The position numbers and the translations under genes were made by a program. DNA of 64,000 bases from assembly GCA_964542025.1 (NCBI GenBank), contig CAZISY010000002.1, positions 28,952 through 92,951 of the forward strand. The letters are read 5' to 3'. The notes under the pieces are model-generated. The model saw nothing but the letters and a program-made list of their open reading frames with translations. It did no database searches and had not been told where the DNA came from. This stretch comes from an uncultured Verrucomicrobiota bacterium. GTDB taxonomy: Bacteria; Verrucomicrobiota; Kiritimatiellia; RZYC01. Positions 59,536 through 64,000 of the stretch are shown in pieces (positions within the stretch are counted from its first letter, which is position 1; each line of letters begins with the position of its first letter).

Positions 59536-60856
59536 TTTTCACGCCGTACGAATTGATCCGGGGCTTTCCCGGGGCGGACACCGGATCACCGTGCCGGGGG
59601 ATAAAAGCATCTCGCAGCGCGTGGCGCTGCTGGCCGGTATTGCGCGGGGTACTTCGCGGGTGAAAGGCTATTTGATGGGCGAAGATTGCCTGAATACGCT
59701 CCATGCGATGGAGCGGCTCGGGGCGGGCGTTCAGTTTGAGCGGGAAGAACTGATCATTCAGGGAACGGGCAATGTCCTGCGGCAACCCGAGTCCCCGCTG
59801 GATCTTGGAAATTCCGGAACCGGGACGCGTCTTCTGGCGGGGTTGCTTTCCGGATTTCCAATGACGGTCACCCTCACGGGAGATGCCTCGCTCTGTTCGC
59901 GGCCCATGAGGCGGATCAAGGAACCGCTGGAGCAGATGGGCGCTGTGATTCAACTCACCGGCGAGAAGGGCACAGCACCGATCACAATTCGAGGCGGACA
60001 TCTTCACGGCATTACGTATCCCATGCCGATGGCTTCGGCCCAGGTGAAATCCTGCATCCTGCTGGCCGGCCTTTATTCCGCTGGACGCACGGTGATTCAT
60101 GAACCGGCTCCAAGCCGTGATCATACGGAACGCCTGTTTAAAACACTCGGGATTCCTTTGGAAACGGGCGATGGATGGATTGCGCTTGAGGGTTTCGGCG
60201 CCTCCGGGCCGGATGTGGACGGCTTTAATATACGGATTCCCGGCGACATTTCCTCCGCGGCGTTTTGTCTGGTGGCGGCGGCTTGCAGTCCCGGCATGCG
60301 TCTGGTGATCGACGGTGTGGGCTTGAATGCCGGGCGCGACGCCATCCTGAATGTCCTGCAGCGCATGGGTGCATCGGTGCAGATTAACCCGAGGCATGAT
60401 GCCGGCGAGGAGCCGATGGGTGATTTGTGCATTGAAGGCGGTGCTTTGCGAGGCACAGAAATGGGTGGACCTGAAATACCGTCTCTGATAGATGAACTAC
60501 CGATTCTGGCCGTGGCCGGAGTGCTGGCAACCGGGCAAACGGTTATCCGCGAGGCCTCGGAACTGCGGGTTAAGGAGTCGGATCGTATTGCCGTCATGGT
60601 GCATCATTTGAAGGCCATGGGAGCAGACGTTTCCGAAACGGCTGACGGCATGATCATTCGGGGCGGTACGCCGATTCTCGGCGGGGCTGAACTGGATGCC
60701 CATGGCGATCATCGGATAGCGATGTCGATGGCGGTGTTGGCCCTCTTTTCAGAAAGGCCAACGACGATTCGAAATGTGGAATGTGTGAGTACATCGTATC
60801 CCGCATTCTGGAACGATTTAATAAAACTTGGAGCGCAGGTGCATGAAACCGAATGA
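59528..60856 (+). CDS. aroA: 3-phosphoshikimate 1-carboxyvinyltransferase (EPSP synthase)
   Basis: VPGDKSISQR, LGNSGTG, the LTGDASLCSRPMRR region and the GDHRIAMS C-terminus. About 440 aa. The start overlaps the tyrA stop. Confidence 0.9.
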   Translation: MNSFHAVRIDPGLSRGGHRITVPGDKSISQRVALLAGIARGTSRVKGYLMGEDCLNTLHAMERLGAGVQFEREELIIQGTGNVLRQPESPLDLGNSGTGTRLLAGLLSGFPMTVTLTGDASLCSRPMRRIKEPLEQMGAVIQLTGEKGTAPITIRGGHLHGITYPMPMASAQVKSCILLAGLYSAGRTVIHEPAPSRDHTERLFKTLGIPLETGDGWIALEGFGASGPDVDGFNIRIPGDISSAAFCLVAAACSPGMRLVIDGVGLNAGRDAILNVLQRMGASVQINPRHDAGEEPMGDLCIEGGALRGTEMGGPEIPSLIDELPILAVAGVLATGQTVIREASELRVKESDRIAVMVHHLKAMGADVSETADGMIIRGGTPILGGAELDAHGDHRIAMSMAVLALFSERPTTIRNVECVSTSYPAFWNDLIKLGAQVHETE

Positions 60857-61523
60857 AGGAGTGGTTATTGCCATTGATGGTCCGTCAGCATCCGGGAAGT
60901 CGACCGTTTCCCGGCAGGTGGCGCAGGCGTTGGCATTTATTTATGTGGATTCCGGTTCGCTTTACCGGGGAATGACCTGGAAAGCCCTGCAATGCGGGGT
61001 GGATGTGAAGGATCCCGAGGCGGTCATTCGCGTCATGAATGAATCCGTTTGGGATTTTTTCATCGAAGAACGGACGCTGTATTTTCATATCGACGGCGAA
61101 GAGCCGCGCGCCCACTTGCGCAAGGAGGCGGTTCGCGAGCGGGTATCGGACGTGGCGGCTATTCCGGAAGTGCGCCATTTCATTGTGGAGCGCCTGAGGG
61201 CGGTTCAGGCCTTCGGCTCTATTGTGATGGAAGGTCGTGACATTGGTTCGGTGGTGTTTCCCGAGACGCCGTGGAAGTACTATCTGGATGCCGATCCCGA
61301 GGAGCGCGCCCGGCGGCGGTTCAAAGAATTGCAGGTTTCGGAGGGCGCGGAGTGCGTGGAAAATGTCAAACACTCGCTGCTGCGCAGAGACCAGAAAGAT
61401 ACCACACGAAAAACCGCGCCTCTTCAGATCGCTCTGGGCGCAACGGTGGTGAATACGACTCATATGGGCATTGACGAGGTGGTTCGTCTGATTGTGCAGC
61501 AGGTAAACGAAACGCAGGGATGA
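60843..61523 (+). CDS. cmk: Cytidylate kinase
   Basis: P-loop IAIDGPSASGKST, the SGSLYR motif and a length of about 225 aa. Confidence 0.85.
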   Translation: MKPNEGVVIAIDGPSASGKSTVSRQVAQALAFIYVDSGSLYRGMTWKALQCGVDVKDPEAVIRVMNESVWDFFIEERTLYFHIDGEEPRAHLRKEAVRERVSDVAAIPEVRHFIVERLRAVQAFGSIVMEGRDIGSVVFPETPWKYYLDADPEERARRRFKELQVSEGAECVENVKHSLLRRDQKDTTRKTAPLQIALGATVVNTTHMGIDEVVRLIVQQVNETQG

Positions 61524-61527
61524 GCGG

Positions 61528-62175
61528 ATGAACGAAAGTCGGATATTTTACTGGTTGGCGGTTTATGCCGTGCGTATTTGGGCGGCGCTGTGGTTTCGGA
61601 TTGAATACATCGGGCGTCAGCATATTCCGTTAACAGGTGGGTGCATTATTGCGGCGAATCACGTCAGTTTTCTGGATCCGCCGCTGATCGGGGTGGGGGT
61701 GGCCATGCGCCGCCTGGTGCGCTTTGTGGCGCGTGCCACGCTGCGAAAAAGCCGTGCGACCGATTGGCTGTTCGACCATTTGCTGACGATCCCGCTGGAC
61801 CGCACCAAAGGTGATCTGCGCGCGATGCGTACGGTGCTCTCCCATCTGGAAAATGAGCAGGTAGTGGCGCTGTTTCCCGAGGGGACGCGCTCGGAAGACG
61901 GCGAGATCAAGGCCTCAAAGGCAGGTATTGGATTTATCATGGCCAAAGCCGGCGTCCCGGTGGTACCGGTGTTTATTGACGGCAGTTATCGCGCTTATCC
62001 CAAGGGCGGATCTTTCATTAAGCCCTGTAAAATCAAGGTGTATTTCGGCGAGCCGATTTATCCGGAAGAGTTGCACCGGCTCGGTGAGGGAAAAGAAGTT
62101 TATGCGCTGGCCGGAGAACATGTGATGAAGCGTATCGGAGCGTTGAGTCCCGAAGCGAAATCCCTGAATGCGTAA
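61528..62175 (+). CDS. plsC: 1-acyl-sn-glycerol-3-phosphate acyltransferase
   Basis: HX4D motif (ANHVSFLDP), a FPEGTRS block and a TM N-terminus. 215 aa. Confidence 0.8.
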   Translation: MNESRIFYWLAVYAVRIWAALWFRIEYIGRQHIPLTGGCIIAANHVSFLDPPLIGVGVAMRRLVRFVARATLRKSRATDWLFDHLLTIPLDRTKGDLRAMRTVLSHLENEQVVALFPEGTRSEDGEIKASKAGIGFIMAKAGVPVVPVFIDGSYRAYPKGGSFIKPCKIKVYFGEPIYPEELHRLGEGKEVYALAGEHVMKRIGALSPEAKSLNA

Positions 62176-62190
62176 TAGAAGGAGGACACG

Positions 62191-62835
62191 ATGAACCATC
62201 GGTTTCTTGTACTGGGCGTTTTTATGCTTACCCTTTGCGGATGCAGCAGCATGTATTACGGGGCGATGGAAAAAATCGGCGTTCATAAGCGCGACATCAT
62301 GATGGACCGCGTCAAGGAGGCGCGTGATACTCAGGATGAAGCGAAAAAACAATTCCTGACCGCCATGGAACAATTTAAAAGCGTGGTGAATTTCAAAGGT
62401 GGAGATCTGGAGAAAGAATATAACAAACTCAATGCCACCCTGAAAAAAAGTGAGGCTGAGGCTGAGGCCGTGCATGAACGCATTGCCGCCGTGGAAGGGG
62501 TGTCCGAGGCGCTTTTCAAGGAATGGCGAACGGAAATTAAGCAGTATTCCAGTGACACGCTGCGGAAAGCCAGCCAGAAGAAATACGACGGGACAAAAGC
62601 GAAATATAAAGAACTGATTTCCTCCATGAAGAAGGCCGAATCCAAATTGGAGCCGGTGCTGGTTTCGCTGCGGGATCAGGTTCTTTTTATGAAGCACAAC
62701 CTGAATGCACGGGCTATTGCGGGACTGAGCGAGGAGCTGATTAGTGTTCAGAGCAATGTGGACAGCCTCATTCATGATATGGACATCGCCATCGCCGAGG
62801 CGGATCGGTTTATTGATGTGCTGAAGGAAGAATAG
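62191..62835 (+). CDS. DUF2959-family lipoprotein (coiled-coil rich)
   Basis: Signal peptide with a lipobox-like LTLCGCSS, followed by long predicted helices. AGGAGG Shine-Dalgarno. Confidence 0.55.
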   Translation: MNHRFLVLGVFMLTLCGCSSMYYGAMEKIGVHKRDIMMDRVKEARDTQDEAKKQFLTAMEQFKSVVNFKGGDLEKEYNKLNATLKKSEAEAEAVHERIAAVEGVSEALFKEWRTEIKQYSSDTLRKASQKKYDGTKAKYKELISSMKKAESKLEPVLVSLRDQVLFMKHNLNARAIAGLSEELISVQSNVDSLIHDMDIAIAEADRFIDVLKEE

Positions 62836-62935
62836 GCACTAAGCTGAAAGGGATGCGGATAAACAAGTGACGCCCCCGCTCCCCTGAGAACACGCTTTTG
62901 TCAGCGAATCAAGGTCAGCGTCAGAAAGTGAACAA

Positions 62936-63694
62936 ATGAAAGATATTGAAACAGAAAAGAAAATAGCCGTGCTGATTGATGCGGAAAATGCGCAGTGCAG
63001 TGGTTTGGCCGCCGTGCTGAACGAGCTATCCAAACACGGTCATATCATTGTTAAAAAAGCGTATGGTGATTGGAGCAGCATTCATCTGAAGAATTGGAAG
63101 CAGCCCCTGAACGAGCTGGCAATCACCCCTGTGCAGCAGTTTTCCTATACGCAGGGCAAAAATTCCTCTGATGCGGCCATGATCATTGACGCCATGGACC
63201 TGCTGTATACGAAACAATTTGATTCTTTTGCGCTGGTCACCAGCGACAGTGATTTCACAAAACTGGCTTCGCGCCTCAAAGAATCACAGATTTTTGTGTT
63301 CGGTGTCGGCGAACAGAAAACACCGATTGCCTTCCGCAATGCCTGCGATGATTTTATTCTGACTGAGGTTTTGCAAACACCGGATGAAGTGAAGACGGAG
63401 GAAAAGACCGGCGGCCGTAAACCGGCGATTAAAAAAACAAAACAGCAGCTTTGCCAAGACACTAAGCTGGTGAATATTCTGCGTCGGGCGGTGGCGGAAT
63501 ATGCGGACGAAGACGGCTGGGCGCTGCTCGCCGCCTGCGGCTCGCTGATCAAACGACAATACCCGGATTTTGATCCGCGCAGCTACGGCTACCGCACGAT
63601 CTCCATGCTGTTTGAAGCCACCGGCCTGTTTGAATTCGATCGACGCAGCAGCGGATCCAGCCAGACGGTTTATGTAAGAGAAGGGCTGAAATGA
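62936..63694 (+). CDS. NYN (LabA-like PIN) nuclease domain protein with a C-terminal OST-HTH/LOTUS domain
   Basis: N-terminal IAVLIDAENA...KAYGDW...VTSDSDF (NYN acidic residues) and a C-terminal ~70-aa region with the OST-HTH pattern (LVNILRRAVAEYADEDGWALLAACGSLIKRQYPDFDPRSYGYRT). Confidence 0.7.
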   Translation: MKDIETEKKIAVLIDAENAQCSGLAAVLNELSKHGHIIVKKAYGDWSSIHLKNWKQPLNELAITPVQQFSYTQGKNSSDAAMIIDAMDLLYTKQFDSFALVTSDSDFTKLASRLKESQIFVFGVGEQKTPIAFRNACDDFILTEVLQTPDEVKTEEKTGGRKPAIKKTKQQLCQDTKLVNILRRAVAEYADEDGWALLAACGSLIKRQYPDFDPRSYGYRTISMLFEATGLFEFDRRSSGSSQTVYVREGLK

Positions 63695-63716
63695 CGCGTT
63701 GCGTGATTTCGGGGCC

Positions 63717-64000
63717 TCAGGGTTGACGCGGAGTTCGTCCCGTATCGACAGGTTCCGGATTGAGGGTAATGCCGAGTTCCAACGCATGTTGCCGCACCAG
63801 CGGATTGTAGGGCGGCGTAAAGTTGCGCCCCATGGTGTCAAAATCAGCCAGCGATTCATAATGGCGCGTCACGCAGTGCGGATCGGGCGCCGGTGCGATT
63901 CCCAAAAGAAAGGCGACGCTGCGCATGAGCATGCGCTGCATGCGCCAGGCCGTTTGCTGGGTGTCGGCAATGATCAGCGGTTTGATGTTGATCAGTGCAA
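63717..64000 (-). CDS. Hypothetical protein, C-terminal part (5' end outside window)
   Basis: The minus-strand frame is open from the window edge to a stop at 63717 (…LINIKPLIIADTQQTAWRMQRMLMRS…PEPVDTGRTPRQP). It converges on the NYN gene. No family assigned. Confidence 0.4.
   Translation of the reverse strand, partial: ALINIKPLIIADTQQTAWRMQRMLMRSVAFLLGIAPAPDPHCVTRHYESLADFDTMGRNFTPPYNPLVRQHALELGITLNPEPVDTGRTPRQP

Overview
This is a 64-kb chromosomal window from a high-GC (about 58-60%) Gram-negative bacterium, probably anaerobic and possibly from the PVC superphylum; the taxon is a low-confidence inference. Coding is dense and almost entirely on the + strand. I found no tRNA, rRNA, CRISPR array, transposase or integrase.

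Recognisable core genes: mnmA (3' end), hrpB, ptsI, guaA, gatCAB, galE, pgi, pyrE, zwf, yicC, gmk, and prfB with its programmed +1 frameshift. There is also a hisC-DAHP synthase-tyrA-aroA-cmk-plsC block.

The more unusual content is:
- A lipid A operon, lpxI / Gfo-Idh-MocA (GnnA-like) / lpxB, extended upstream by an RsbW-like ATPase, a GT4 glycosyltransferase and a flavoprotein.
- Two anaerobe-type O2/NO detoxification sets: flavodiiron protein + rubredoxin + ptsI + NorW-like reductase, and rubrerythrin + desulfoferrodoxin + ferritin.
- A glycan-tailoring cassette: AsnB-like amidotransferase, membrane LbH acyltransferase, B12-radical SAM enzyme and rfbC. A second B12-radical SAM enzyme and a GT39 (ArnT/PMT-like) transferase lie elsewhere.
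- A histone-H1-like Lys/Ala-repeat protein.
- Six hybrid two-component genes in two clusters, including a 1358-aa multi-PAS kinase and two tandem REC-HK-REC paralogs.
- A PTS-EIIA(Ntr)-like/CBS fusion next to an ArsB/NhaD-family permease.
- A triple TTCCAA-N3-TTGGAA palindrome array upstream of the flavodiiron operon, with two further copies of the motif inside distant coding sequences.
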